Shown: piece after piece, positions 8,601 through 18,705 of the stretch
Position numbering within the stretch: the stretch's first letter is position 1
Layout of the letters: each line of letters opens with the position of its first letter
IMG/VR virus record: IMGVR_UViG_3300049896_000004
Span: 1-55,452 of that record
Strand: one strand, 5' to 3'
Length of the DNA stretch: 55,452 bases
Source: a virus
Taxonomy: Duplodnaviria; Caudoviricetes
Notes under the pieces: generated by a model
The model's input: only the letters and a program-made list of their open reading frames with translations
The model's database searches: none
Told to the model about the DNA's origin: nothing
Made by a program: the position numbers and the translations under genes

Positions 8601-9980
8601 TCAGGCCGGCACCAGAGTGGCCGCGAGCACGCGGACGGCGTCCGCCCACACCGTGAGCTCCCGGCCGGTGCGCTCCGAGAGGTATCCGCTGCGCGCGAGC
8701 GCGGCCGCCGCCGCCGCGTCCCGGCCCGGCCCGTCCCCGTACAGCCGCTGTACGGCCTCACACCAGGCCCGGGTGTCCCCGCGGTCGATGAACGTCCCAG
8801 CGGCGCCCAGGGCCTCACGCAGGCCCGGCGTCGGGTGCGCCAGGACAGGGATCCCCGACGCGCACGCTTCGACCGCCCCCATGCCGTACGACTCGTACAC
8901 AGAGGGCGCGACGAGCAGCCGGGTACGGGCCCACACCTCGTCACGCATGCGGCTCGTCTGTCCGATCAGCGTCACGTTCGCCGGCATGCTCTCCCTGACC
9001 TGCTGGCCGTGTGCGCCGGCGACGCCGAGGAACGGCAGATGCGACAGCGCGCGGGCGACGTCCCGCCACAACTCGACGCCCTTGTCCCGGTTCAGGTTGA
9101 CGAGGGTCACCGCAGTCCCGCCCGCCGGCGCCCGGTGCTCCCCGGGCAGCACCGGCGGATGCACGATCAGGCCCGGCGTCCCATCGACCTCGCTGTACCG
9201 GGCGGCGAGCGAGGCCCGCACCCATTCCGTGTTGTAGACGATCAGGTCCGGGCTCGCGGCGAGGGCCTGCGCGGTGACGGCGTGATCGGAGTGCATGAGC
9301 AGCACCGACCGCGCCCCGACCCTGCGGGCGAGGGCGGTCGCCCGGGGCGCGTAGTAGTGATGCGTGACCATGACGTGCGGCCGGATACGGCCGATCAGGA
9401 GCTCAGCGGCGTACGGGCCGAGGTGCAGGTACGGCACGCCGTCGACCTCCCACGACGGCGGCGCCTCAGGCATCGACGAGCACACGACGAGCACGCCGAC
9501 CCCGGCGTCCCTCAGCGCCCGCATGAGGGTCTGCAACATGACCTCAGACCCGGCCCGCCGGTACGGCACGCCGTAGTGCACCCAGGCCACGACCCTGACC
9601 GCCTCGCCCGCGAGCGGGTCGACCGGGACCGGCGTCCGCGCGGCCGCCCGATCCCTGGCCGGCATGAGCTGAAGGCAGGACTCCAGGAACTCCCCCGTAT
9701 CGGCGTCGCCCTGACCGAGGAGCAGCCGCGGCACGCCCCTGATCTCGCGGGCGACCCGCTGCCCCCTCAGATCCCCGGCGTACGTGACCAGGACGTCAGG
9801 GCGGGCCCCCTGGAGGGCCTGCCACCAGAAGCCCAGCGGCCACACGCTCACGTCGCCCCGGACGTACGGAGCGGCGGCCTGCCTCGTCGTCGTAACGGCG
9901 TGGACCTCGTGCCCGGCGGCCGCCATCGCGACCAGGTGCTCGGGGTCCTCGTAGGCGGGCAGGAGCGCGAGGATCCTCAC
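8601..9980 (-). CDS. GT-B (GT4-like) glycosyltransferase
   Basis: AGSE, DKG and PSVYESYGMGAVEACASGIPVL motifs; GTGA overlap with the upstream gene. Confidence 0.9.
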   Translation of the reverse strand: MRILALLPAYEDPEHLVAMAAAGHEVHAVTTTRQAAAPYVRGDVSVWPLGFWWQALQGARPDVLVTYAGDLRGQRVAREIRGVPRLLLGQGDADTGEFLESCLQLMPARDRAAARTPVPVDPLAGEAVRVVAWVHYGVPYRRAGSEVMLQTLMRALRDAGVGVLVVCSSMPEAPPSWEVDGVPYLHLGPYAAELLIGRIRPHVMVTHHYYAPRATALARRVGARSVLLMHSDHAVTAQALAASPDLIVYNTEWVRASLAARYSEVDGTPGLIVHPPVLPGEHRAPAGGTAVTLVNLNRDKGVELWRDVARALSHLPFLGVAGAHGQQVRESMPANVTLIGQTSRMRDEVWARTRLLVAPSVYESYGMGAVEACASGIPVLAHPTPGLREALGAAGTFIDRGDTRAWCEAVQRLYGDGPGRDAAAAAALARSGYLSERTGRELTVWADAVRVLAATLVPA

Positions 9981-10498
9981 CGGGACCACCAGAAGCAGGC
10001 GAGGACGTCGCCGACCAGCTCGCCGCGGATCACCCCAGACCGGCTGAGTTCGGTGCGCATCTGGTCGGCGGTCCAGTGATCGACGTGCGTCTCATAGGGG
10101 TTGCCGTACACCGCGTCCTGGTCGAGGTGGAGGACGGGGACCGAAACGATCAAGTTGGCCGCGTGGGCGCGGATCTTGTCGAGGAGGCGGACGGCGTCGG
10201 CGCGCGGCATGTGCTCCAGGACATCGCCGGCGATGACGAGGTCGGCCTCGTAGAACGGCGCGGTCAGCCGGCGGGCGTCGGCGACCACCACACCGTTGTA
10301 CAGGCCCTTGAGCCCGAACCGGGTGACGTAGGGCTCCCACGCCTCGACAGCGGTCCAGCGGCCCTTCCACGTACTGCTGGCTCGCACGGCTCGTGCGTAG
10401 GTCCCCGAGCCCGCGCCGATGTCGATGACCGAGCGGGGCCGGATCTCCTCGTACCAGGCGAGGGCGGCGTCTTTGCCCTCGGTGTCGCTGTAGGGCAT
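9977..10498 (-). CDS. Class I SAM-dependent methyltransferase
   Basis: VIDIGAGSG, VEAW and GDVLEHM motifs. Confidence 0.9.
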   Translation of the reverse strand: MPYSDTEGKDAALAWYEEIRPRSVIDIGAGSGTYARAVRASSTWKGRWTAVEAWEPYVTRFGLKGLYNGVVVADARRLTAPFYEADLVIAGDVLEHMPRADAVRLLDKIRAHAANLIVSVPVLHLDQDAVYGNPYETHVDHWTADQMRTELSRSGVIRGELVGDVLACFWWSR

Positions 10499-10532
10499 CA
10501 GGCTCCCTCGCCGGCCTCGACGGCGAGGATCA

Positions 10533-11075
10533 TCACGGGGTGGATCCCGCTGGAGTGGCGACCATGTGGACGGTCACGCCCGCTGCCGGGATGGGGACCT
10601 GGAGTACCGAGATGCCCAGGATGACCACGGCCGGCGAGCGCCTCACGTTGAACGTGACCGACGTCGCGGAGCGGGCCGATACCCGGCACTCGGTCACATC
10701 GGTGATGGCGGTCTCGACCGCGTGCGTCACCACGGGCGCGACGGCGAACAGACCGGCCGGGATCGGGAAGACGACGTTCCCCGCGCCGTCGCTGACCCCA
10801 GAGGCGGCGTGGAACGCCCGCATCCCGGAGGACTTGGTGACCCACCTGGTCCCGTCCGACTGGATCTGTAGGGCCTGGCCTCGGGTGATGCTGACCGTGG
10901 CCACGTTCACGCCGCCCTGCTGGAACGGTGTCGCCCCGATCGAGGACCACACCACCGTCGCTGTGCCTGTGTTCACCAGGAGGTGCGTGCGCCCGTTCCA
11001 CAGGGTCGGATCAGGAAGGGACTCGGCTGCGGAGGCCGCTTCCACTAGGTACGCGTCTGTGTCGTGCAGTGCCAC
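10533..11075 (-). CDS. Hypothetical beta-rich virion protein
   Basis: Co-oriented in the structural operon; fibre-like C-terminus (VVFP...FAVAPVV). Confidence 0.55.
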   Translation of the reverse strand: MALHDTDAYLVEAASAAESLPDPTLWNGRTHLLVNTGTATVVWSSIGATPFQQGGVNVATVSITRGQALQIQSDGTRWVTKSSGMRAFHAASGVSDGAGNVVFPIPAGLFAVAPVVTHAVETAITDVTECRVSARSATSVTFNVRRSPAVVILGISVLQVPIPAAGVTVHMVATPAGSTP

Positions 11076-11082
11076 GGGGGCC

Positions 11083-13167
11083 TCAGATCATGTCGTCGAA
11101 CGCCTTATTCGCCAACCTGTTCGAGTTGGCGGCCGTCAGGGTCTTGGTGGCAGCGATGCTCATCTCACTGTCGAAGTGAGTGAAGGCACCGGTATTGAGG
11201 GTGGCGCCGCCCGCGACACGGAAGCGCTGCACGGAGCCGCTCGCGGCCACGTTGAGAGTTCCGCCCTGCTCCACGGTCACGTCCCGGACCGGCTGGTTGG
11301 GCACCCGCGCGCCGGTCACGGTCATCGCGGACTGGCCCCGGAGATTCACGCCGAACACGTCGGCCAGGCCGACACCAGCGCCTCCGGTAAGGCCGGTCAG
11401 GGTCAGCGTCGACAGGCCCTCGACGTCGATGTTCCGGATCTGCTTGGCCGTGGCGTCGCCGCCGGTGTACGTGAGCGTGCTCGCCGGGCCGACGCGCAGG
11501 TCATGGAACGACGTGCCTGCCGACAGGGCCCCTGAGGGCACATCGGTGAGGGTGGCTACACCCCTGACGTCCACGGAGTCCACCAGGACGAAGGCACTGA
11601 CACCGGTGATGGTCAGCACGCCGTCCACGCCGCCGCCCAGGGAAGAGCCCTTGACCGTGGACCGGTTCACGGAGCTGTTGGCCTGGCCGGCAGGAGTCGT
11701 CTCGGAGAGGATGATCCGGCCTAGGTCGATGACTCGGCAGTCAGTTACCTGGTTGCTGTTGGCCCCTGATGCGGCGTTCGCAGTGGTCTGGCGGATGATT
11801 CCGTTGATGACGTCGGTGTTCGTGACGTTCAGGCCGCGGTCCCCCGACAGCAGCTCGATCAGGCCACCGCCCTCGACCCGCCCGCCGGTCACGTCGAGGC
11901 TGTCTGTTGCGGCGGCGGCATGATTGACCGTGCCCCTCCTCACGGCCGTCTGGTTGATCGTGAGCCGTCCCCCGGCAGAGGACGCCGCGTTGATGACGGC
12001 TGACGAGTACTCCGCGCCCGTGGACTGGAAGGCACCCGCACCAGGGCCAACCGTGATCCGGGAGTTGTGGATGTCGGCGTCCTGGATCAGGGCACTGGAC
12101 GCTGCGCCGTTGACTTCGATGCTGCCTTGCCCGGCGCCCACCGAGGAGAAGCCGTCAACGGTCGAGTTGGTGATGCTCACGCCTGCACCGCCCACACCGC
12201 GGACGAGCAGCGAATCACCTGCGTTCGGCTTGCCGAAGAACGTGCCGCGAGACAGGGACGCCGTGGCCGCGCCAGAGTCCTGGGTCCGGATCGCATATGC
12301 CTGAACGTCCGAGCTGCCGATGCCGATGCCCTTGGCCGAACCGGCGTCGATGTTCAAGGTCGACGTGCCGGTCACCTCGGAGTCGGTGACGGTGATGGCG
12401 CCGGTCGCGCCGGCCCCCTGCGTGATCGTCGTGTCCGTGACCTGTGAGCCGCTGATCGACAACCCGCCCGTGGCAGTGGCGTCACGGGTCACGGTCACGC
12501 TGTTCAGGTCGGCGCGAGTCAGCGCGACCGTGCCCAGCGCGGCACCAGAGCCGAGCTGGAGATTGCCCCCCTTGACGGTCGTCATGTTCACGCCGAGGAA
12601 TGCGGCGCCGCTGACCATCGTGGTGTTGGTGAACTGCGAGTCGCCCACCGTTCCGCCGGTCTTGCCAGTGAGGTTGACCGTCGAGCCGATCACCCGGTTG
12701 TTCGTCACCGCGCCGACCTGGATGTCCCAGCCGATCAGCGTCGAGTCCTCGACGAAATTGTCCCGCATCGTCGTCGAGCCGAGGTGCCACGGGAATTGCG
12801 TATGCACCGTGGTCGCATCGGCGTCGATGTCCTTCGCCGTGTTGCCCCAGTCGTCAGTCAGCGCAGTGATCGTCCCGGCCGCGCCCAGGTCGATGTCGTA
12901 CGTCCCAGCCCACGCGGAGGCCGCGAAGGTCGTGTGCACGCGGGCCGTCGTGCCGAACTCGGTCGGGCTGACCGGGTTCAGCTCGATCTCCGTGGGCGAG
13001 GTGTTCCCGGCCGTGCCGATCGTCGGAGTGTCGGTTTGCAAGACGACGACGCAGTTCTCCCGCAGCCCCCCGGCCGCGCGTAGGGCCAGGGCAGCGGCAC
13101 GGGTCATGCGCGGCTCGTACGGACACTCCGGGACACCGGACGGCGTGAACGATCCGGACGTGGACAT
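11083..13167 (-). CDS. Putative beta-helical spike/fibre protein
   Basis: 694 aa, Gly/Thr/Ser/Val-rich with recurring (I/V)x(D/N)S strands. Confidence 0.6.
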   Translation of the reverse strand: MSTSGSFTPSGVPECPYEPRMTRAAALALRAAGGLRENCVVVLQTDTPTIGTAGNTSPTEIELNPVSPTEFGTTARVHTTFAASAWAGTYDIDLGAAGTITALTDDWGNTAKDIDADATTVHTQFPWHLGSTTMRDNFVEDSTLIGWDIQVGAVTNNRVIGSTVNLTGKTGGTVGDSQFTNTTMVSGAAFLGVNMTTVKGGNLQLGSGAALGTVALTRADLNSVTVTRDATATGGLSISGSQVTDTTITQGAGATGAITVTDSEVTGTSTLNIDAGSAKGIGIGSSDVQAYAIRTQDSGAATASLSRGTFFGKPNAGDSLLVRGVGGAGVSITNSTVDGFSSVGAGQGSIEVNGAASSALIQDADIHNSRITVGPGAGAFQSTGAEYSSAVINAASSAGGRLTINQTAVRRGTVNHAAAATDSLDVTGGRVEGGGLIELLSGDRGLNVTNTDVINGIIRQTTANAASGANSNQVTDCRVIDLGRIILSETTPAGQANSSVNRSTVKGSSLGGGVDGVLTITGVSAFVLVDSVDVRGVATLTDVPSGALSAGTSFHDLRVGPASTLTYTGGDATAKQIRNIDVEGLSTLTLTGLTGGAGVGLADVFGVNLRGQSAMTVTGARVPNQPVRDVTVEQGGTLNVAASGSVQRFRVAGGATLNTGAFTHFDSEMSIAATKTLTAANSNRLANKAFDDMI

Positions 13168-13176
13168 GCGTGGCTC

Positions 13177-14280
13177 CTAAGCGGCGATGAAGTCGAGCCG
13201 GAAACGAATCGGCGGGGTCGTGTTGTCGGTGGTGCCCAGGTGGACGCCGAGGGTGGCGCCCCCGAGCATGCGGATGGTCTGGGATGCCGCGGAGGAGGGC
13301 GGCCCGCTGATGTACGTGAGGACCGCACGCCGGCCTCCGCCGAAGACGTTGGATGTCCGCTGCTCGCCCGGCGCCATGCTCGTGCCGTTGGTCGGCCACG
13401 TGATGGACCCGAGAGTGGGCGAGGCGAAGGAGATGTTCACTCCTCCGGATGTGTTCGGCGGGTTGCCGTACTCCAGCTCAACGCTGGTCGGCAGGACCCA
13501 GTCCATCGTGGGGTTGCCCACCCCGTTCGGGTCGTAGCACACCCCCGACAGCGTGAGGTTCGTGGTCGCGCTGGGGGCGGGCACCACGCTGCACAGGTTC
13601 TCTCCCGCCGGGTCGGGCCCGTCGCCGAAGAAGAATCCAGTCATGCGCAGGTCGGGGATGGTGACGAACTGGCCGGCGCCCGTGGCGCAGTTGACCACGT
13701 CCGCATTCAGCACCTGGTTGCCGTTGACGTCGTACCACTCCATGACCCCGTTGCGGCGGCAGGGGAACACGGTCTGGAATTCGAGCAGCTGGAGTTCGCG
13801 CCACAGGGGCGCGATCGAACCGCCGATCAGCTTCGACAGGTTCCTCAGGACCACGCTGTCGACGCCCGACAGCTCGACACCCGGAGGCAGCGTGAACGTC
13901 TGCGCCACACCGCCGTTCGCGCCGCCGCAGATCAGAGAGGCGAGCAGCGTGGCACCCGCGTAGAACTCCGCCGTGAACGTCCCAAGACCGTCCGCGTCGT
14001 TCAGGTCGCTGCCGCCCTGGTTCCACAACCTCAGGCCCCGTACCCGGCCCTGTGGAGAGCTATGGGTGTAGGTGACCCGCAGCGTGGTGCTCGGGGTGTT
14101 CCCGATCGTCGTGTTGTAGCCGGAAAGAGTCGCTGTCGCGGTGACCCCGTCAGCAGTGCCCGGCAGGTTCACCTGGTTCCAGCCGGCCTGTGCTGCCGTC
14201 TCCGTGACCCCGGTGAAGGGGACGGCCACGAGGGCGCACTGCGGGTCACCGACGGGGCAACAGTTGCACGGGTACGTCAC
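13177..14280 (-). CDS. Putative virion accessory protein with a discoidin/jelly-roll-like domain
   Basis: VRGLRLWNQ...FTAEF...WRELQL pattern; Cys-rich N-terminus. Confidence 0.5.
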   Translation of the reverse strand: MTYPCNCCPVGDPQCALVAVPFTGVTETAAQAGWNQVNLPGTADGVTATATLSGYNTTIGNTPSTTLRVTYTHSSPQGRVRGLRLWNQGGSDLNDADGLGTFTAEFYAGATLLASLICGGANGGVAQTFTLPPGVELSGVDSVVLRNLSKLIGGSIAPLWRELQLLEFQTVFPCRRNGVMEWYDVNGNQVLNADVVNCATGAGQFVTIPDLRMTGFFFGDGPDPAGENLCSVVPAPSATTNLTLSGVCYDPNGVGNPTMDWVLPTSVELEYGNPPNTSGGVNISFASPTLGSITWPTNGTSMAPGEQRTSNVFGGGRRAVLTYISGPPSSAASQTIRMLGGATLGVHLGTTDNTTPPIRFRLDFIAA

Positions 14281-14341
14281 GCGGGCCTGCTTCCTGGGAG
14301 ATGGGCGGGCACTGATGCGGTGCCCGCCCCTGCCCCGATGA

Positions 14342-17300
14342 CTAGCGCTGTGTCCAGACCACGGCGGTCTGTCCGCCGATGGCGTCGATGGACGTCGGGC
14401 CGGTGAGCGTGTTCTCGTCGGCTACCGACCAGGTCGCGGTGTACCCGGCGGGAAGGCCTGTGAGCACGGTGCCGGATTGGTCGGTCAGGGTGCAGGTGCC
14501 GGAGAGGACCGTCATGGTCACGCTCGTGAGCGTCCCCACCACGTCCCCGCCCGGAGTCCACGGCGTGTCTGCATCCGCGATCAGACGGCCCTGCGCGGTG
14601 AGCGTCGCCACTGTGTCGTCGCTCGGGCACGCCACGATGTTCGCGGCCGTGATCGCGGCTCCGGACACCGAGTCGATAAGGCTGATCGTCCCGTTGGCAG
14701 CACGAATCGCGGTGTACCGGCCCGACCCCGTATTAGTGCAGCCTTCGCCCACCGGCACGGGGCAGCAGTCGGAGCAGATGCCTACCGTGCCGACGGGGGC
14801 GAACGCGGCGCCCGCGAGGGTCGTGTTCGTCGTGGAGACCAGGACGCCCGTGACCGAGTTGAACCGGAACAGCCGGATGAACGCGGTGCCGTTCTGGTCG
14901 CACAGCACCTCTTCCACGAAGTCCGTGTCGGCCTGGACCGTCTGGGCACAGACCCCGACGGCGCCGACCGGGGCGAACGGCGTCGACCCGTCCAGCGTGG
15001 TGTTCACGATCGAGACGAGCGCGCCCGTCGTCGAGTCGTAGTTGTACCGGCGCAGGAACCGCGTCGGCGTGGCGTCGCACAGGACGAGGATTTCCTCGTC
15101 GCGGCCGGCCGCCTCGACGCCACCGCACACCACTGCATCGCCGGTGACGACGTACGGGGTGGTGCCGTCGAGGCCCGTGTCGACGACGCCGGTCACAGCG
15201 CCGGTCTCGTCGAAGGTGAGGCGGCGCAGGAACGGCACCGGCACGGCAGGGCCGTCGTCGCAGAGAGTCAGGACCTCGGCGTCAGCGCTAGTCACGCCGC
15301 AGGGCACGACTGTGAACCCGTCCGCGGTGGGGTCGAGGAAGTTGCCGAGCGAGTCGAAGAACGCGATCCCGTTCGGGGTCTGCGGCGTGTTCGGGATCGT
15401 GTCCTGATGCCGCGCCCAACCCGCGTGGACGGTCGTCCCGGTCGACGTGAGGGTGTAACAGATGCCCTCGCGGTCGGCGGTGTCCGGCTCACAGACCTGC
15501 ACCGTGCCCGTGACGTCGTACGGCGTCGTGCCGTCCAGGGTGAAGTCCGCAGCCGTGGGCGTGACCGAGCCGGGCGTGTAGGTGAGCTGCCTCAGGAACT
15601 GGGTGACCGTGCCGTCGATGCCGGCGTCGCACAGGATGACGCTCTGGCTGTTGGGGCAGCACTCGCTGTCGGCGGCCGGCTGGCACTGCTCCACGGTCCC
15701 GGTGACGGTGTACGGATCGCCGTCGAGAGTCGTGTCCGTGGTGGAGACGATCTCGCCGGTCTCGCAGTCCGTGACCAGGGTCCGGAGGAACTGTACAGAG
15801 GCGGTGCTCTCGCATCCCGCCAGTTCGACCGTCGCCGAGAACTGGTCGGCGGTCCAGCCCTTGGCGGTGCCGTGGAACGTCTCCAGGACCAGGCCGAGAC
15901 GCACGTCCCCACTCGCGAGCTCGGCGGCCGTGACCGGCATGCTCGCGGTGAGGGTCTTGACGTAGCCCGGCGGGGCGTAGGTGATCACGTCCTGGAACGC
16001 GGTGAGCGTCGTGCCCTTGAACAGCCTCAGTGCACCGTCCCACGCCTGGCCCGTACCGGGGCCGTTCTGGGTGACCCGCACGGACACGGTGAGGGTGCCT
16101 GACGCGTCGTCACAGCCGGCCGGGGAAGCGGTGACCTCACCGACCGCCATGTAGTACTGCTGGGCGGGCCCGGCGGTCGCCGGGAACGCGAGCGACCCGC
16201 CGTTCCACAGGGTGGTGTACGCGCCGGGGAGGGTCGTGAACTGGGTCTGCGCGACGTCGTTGACCGTGCCGTCCGTGATGTCCGGCTCGACGTCGAGAGT
16301 TCCGTCTGTGGGTACGTCACAGACCAGCACGGTCGAGGCGTTCCGGCAGTCCTCGGGGCTACAGCTACCGACCGTGCCGACCGTGGTGTACGCGACCCCG
16401 GCGAGGGTGAAATCCCGGAAGGAGTTCACCTGCGCCTGGTTGGTCGGGTCGAGGGACTGGACGTACTTCCTCAGGAACGGCCCGTTGTCGTCGCACAGGA
16501 CTTGGTCGGCCATGAACCGGCTTCCGGTGCATGGGCCGGCCGTCCAGGACTCCGGGGCGATGGGGGCGCCGCTGGGGCCTAGGAACTGCTCCTGCAGAGT
16601 GCCGCCCGACGGGTCGGTCACGAGGACCCTGATCGCGTTCTGTGCGATGCCGCCGACCGTCGCACACACGATGTCCGACGTCAGCATGTTGGACTGGCCA
16701 GAACTGGAGCCGCCCCCGCCGCCGCTGTCGGGAAGGCAGCACGCCGGGGTCGGGACCTGCGCCCAGAACTCGGCGTTGGTCATCGTCTCGCCGGTGTCGA
16801 CCTTCTGCCAGCCGACGACCGCGCCGCCCGCACACTGGGGCTGCCAGTACGAGCAGATCGTGTTGGTGGTCGTCTCGTCGGTGGTGACCACACAGGTGTC
16901 GTCGTCGGTGGCCGCGGTCGCGCGCTGGTCCGGGCGGTCGACGTAGGCGCGCATGTCGGTGAACAGGCCGCCGCGGGCGCCGCCGGCAGGGTTGTTTGTG
17001 GACAGTGCGAGGGTGTAGGTGCTGCCGCCGTTCAGCGGGATCGTCTGGGAGAACTGGGTCCACGGGTTGGGGCCGCCCGAGGCCGTGACCGACGGCGGGT
17101 TGCTGTTGTCGTCGATCAGGTCGCCGTTTTGGGCGTCGTCCGTGTCGCCGTTGTCCAGCGTGATCCGGTGCTGCTCGCCGGGGTCACGGGCGCCGTGCAC
17201 GACGCGGATGATGAAGTTGCCCGACGCGGGCACGGTGAAAGTCTGCCAGATGGTGGACCGGCCACCGGGCGGCGCACCATCCGACGTCATTTCCTGCACG

Positions 17301-18160
17301 GGCGTGCCACGTGGCGTCGGCGTGACGTTCTCGCCGTTGACGATGTCGCTGCCCCAGATTTCGAACGTCCGGCCGACATCGTTCGTTTCCCAGCCCTGGT
17401 TCGCGACGCTCGTGCACAGCGCGTCGTTCGCAGGCTGGTTGCCGGGGAACGGTCCCGGATCGTCCTGCCGCGACAGCAGGCGGAAGCCGTAGTTCCCCTG
17501 AGACACCGGCGGGTTGAGCGCAGGGGACTCGTTGTAGGCGGGGTTCTGGATGAGGTCCTGGCCGCCGTTGTAGACGAGCTCGATCAGGTTCGGGGGGGTC
17601 TGGTCCAGCCGGAGGCACTCGATGTGCACCGTCATCGGCTGGGCCGCGCCGCACACCTGGGGGATACCGGCGTTGGGGTTCGTGATGGTGACCGTGGCCG
17701 CCGCAGGAACCCGCCCCTCGATGAAGGTGGTCAGGTTCTGCCGGAAGGCCTCGCCGTCCGGGTCGTCCACTTCCCAGGTGATCCCGGCCGGGTTGCTGAC
17801 CGCGTCGACCTGGAGCGACTGGACCGCGAAGCCCGGGTTGATCGGCAGGGTGAGGTCGTACTGCCGGCCTGGGTGCTCGACCGGGCCCGTGCTCGTCGAC
17901 GTCTGGCAGAACTGCATCGGCGGCAGACAGGCCGCGTCGGGGCACGGCTGGAGCGTGCCCTGCGGCACGTACGGGTCACCGGTCGCCGGGTCGACGAACG
18001 TCGGCGGCCCGGTGGGGTTCCCGTCGCTGTCGTACTCGTACACCGCCAGGGCAGTGCCCAGGAGGTTGCCCTCTGCGTCGAGGTCGCACAGGAGGACCTG
18101 TTCGACGTCCGCCCCGCCTTCACCGGCACCGGCCCCGCAGGGCTGTGGCTCGATCGGCAT
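14342..18160 (-). CDS. Large acidic repeat protein (LCD..FLR repeats), probable head fibre/decoration
   Basis: Multiple LCD..FLR..TTLDG..Y..G.V..C units; located between capsid and tail genes. Confidence 0.65.
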   Translation of the reverse strand: MPIEPQPCGAGAGEGGADVEQVLLCDLDAEGNLLGTALAVYEYDSDGNPTGPPTFVDPATGDPYVPQGTLQPCPDAACLPPMQFCQTSTSTGPVEHPGRQYDLTLPINPGFAVQSLQVDAVSNPAGITWEVDDPDGEAFRQNLTTFIEGRVPAAATVTITNPNAGIPQVCGAAQPMTVHIECLRLDQTPPNLIELVYNGGQDLIQNPAYNESPALNPPVSQGNYGFRLLSRQDDPGPFPGNQPANDALCTSVANQGWETNDVGRTFEIWGSDIVNGENVTPTPRGTPVQEMTSDGAPPGGRSTIWQTFTVPASGNFIIRVVHGARDPGEQHRITLDNGDTDDAQNGDLIDDNSNPPSVTASGGPNPWTQFSQTIPLNGGSTYTLALSTNNPAGGARGGLFTDMRAYVDRPDQRATAATDDDTCVVTTDETTTNTICSYWQPQCAGGAVVGWQKVDTGETMTNAEFWAQVPTPACCLPDSGGGGGSSSGQSNMLTSDIVCATVGGIAQNAIRVLVTDPSGGTLQEQFLGPSGAPIAPESWTAGPCTGSRFMADQVLCDDNGPFLRKYVQSLDPTNQAQVNSFRDFTLAGVAYTTVGTVGSCSPEDCRNASTVLVCDVPTDGTLDVEPDITDGTVNDVAQTQFTTLPGAYTTLWNGGSLAFPATAGPAQQYYMAVGEVTASPAGCDDASGTLTVSVRVTQNGPGTGQAWDGALRLFKGTTLTAFQDVITYAPPGYVKTLTASMPVTAAELASGDVRLGLVLETFHGTAKGWTADQFSATVELAGCESTASVQFLRTLVTDCETGEIVSTTDTTLDGDPYTVTGTVEQCQPAADSECCPNSQSVILCDAGIDGTVTQFLRQLTYTPGSVTPTAADFTLDGTTPYDVTGTVQVCEPDTADREGICYTLTSTGTTVHAGWARHQDTIPNTPQTPNGIAFFDSLGNFLDPTADGFTVVPCGVTSADAEVLTLCDDGPAVPVPFLRRLTFDETGAVTGVVDTGLDGTTPYVVTGDAVVCGGVEAAGRDEEILVLCDATPTRFLRRYNYDSTTGALVSIVNTTLDGSTPFAPVGAVGVCAQTVQADTDFVEEVLCDQNGTAFIRLFRFNSVTGVLVSTTNTTLAGAAFAPVGTVGICSDCCPVPVGEGCTNTGSGRYTAIRAANGTISLIDSVSGAAITAANIVACPSDDTVATLTAQGRLIADADTPWTPGGDVVGTLTSVTMTVLSGTCTLTDQSGTVLTGLPAGYTATWSVADENTLTGPTSIDAIGGQTAVVWTQR

Positions 18161-18162
18161 GG

Positions 18163-18705
18163 TCAGCTCCTGCGGTTGTGGGTCTGCCGGCGGTGCGTAC
18201 GACGGCCGCGGGCGGTGGTGAAGGTCCGGTCGCAGACGTCACAGGGGTAGCCGTCGGCCGGCGCCCGGTCCTCGCCGCTTGAGTCGCTTCGGTCGCTGTC
18301 GTCCGGGTTTGCCGGCTCTTCGGGACCTGGGTCCCTTCCGTCCCTCGCCTCGTCGTCGTCGCTCGGGGGGGCGTCGTCGAGGGGGGCGAAGCCCAGGGAT
18401 ACGGCGTCGGGGCCGTACGCGGACTCTGGGACGGGCGGGAGGGGTTGACCGGGCTCCACCCACGTGAGGCCGTCGCCGTCGCCTCCATCGGGCTGCTCGT
18501 CGTCCTGGACGGGCACGTAGGGGCGGCCGTCGACGAACGCGCCGATCAGGATGCCCTCGGGGGCCTCAGGGAACAGCGCGGCGGGGACAGCGAACGCATT
18601 GTGATCGGCGGTGCGCACCTTCGGCGTCTGGGCGACGGCCCAGCGGGCGAAGCACTCCCGGCGGTCGAGGGCCGGCTCGACCCTGATGATCTCGGGCGGC
18701 GTCAC
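18163..18705 (-). CDS. Hypothetical protein with C-terminal C2H2 zinc finger
   Basis: YPCDVCDRTFTTARGRRTHRRQTH. Confidence 0.7.
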   Translation of the reverse strand: MTPPEIIRVEPALDRRECFARWAVAQTPKVRTADHNAFAVPAALFPEAPEGILIGAFVDGRPYVPVQDDEQPDGGDGDGLTWVEPGQPLPPVPESAYGPDAVSLGFAPLDDAPPSDDDEARDGRDPGPEEPANPDDSDRSDSSGEDRAPADGYPCDVCDRTFTTARGRRTHRRQTHNRRS

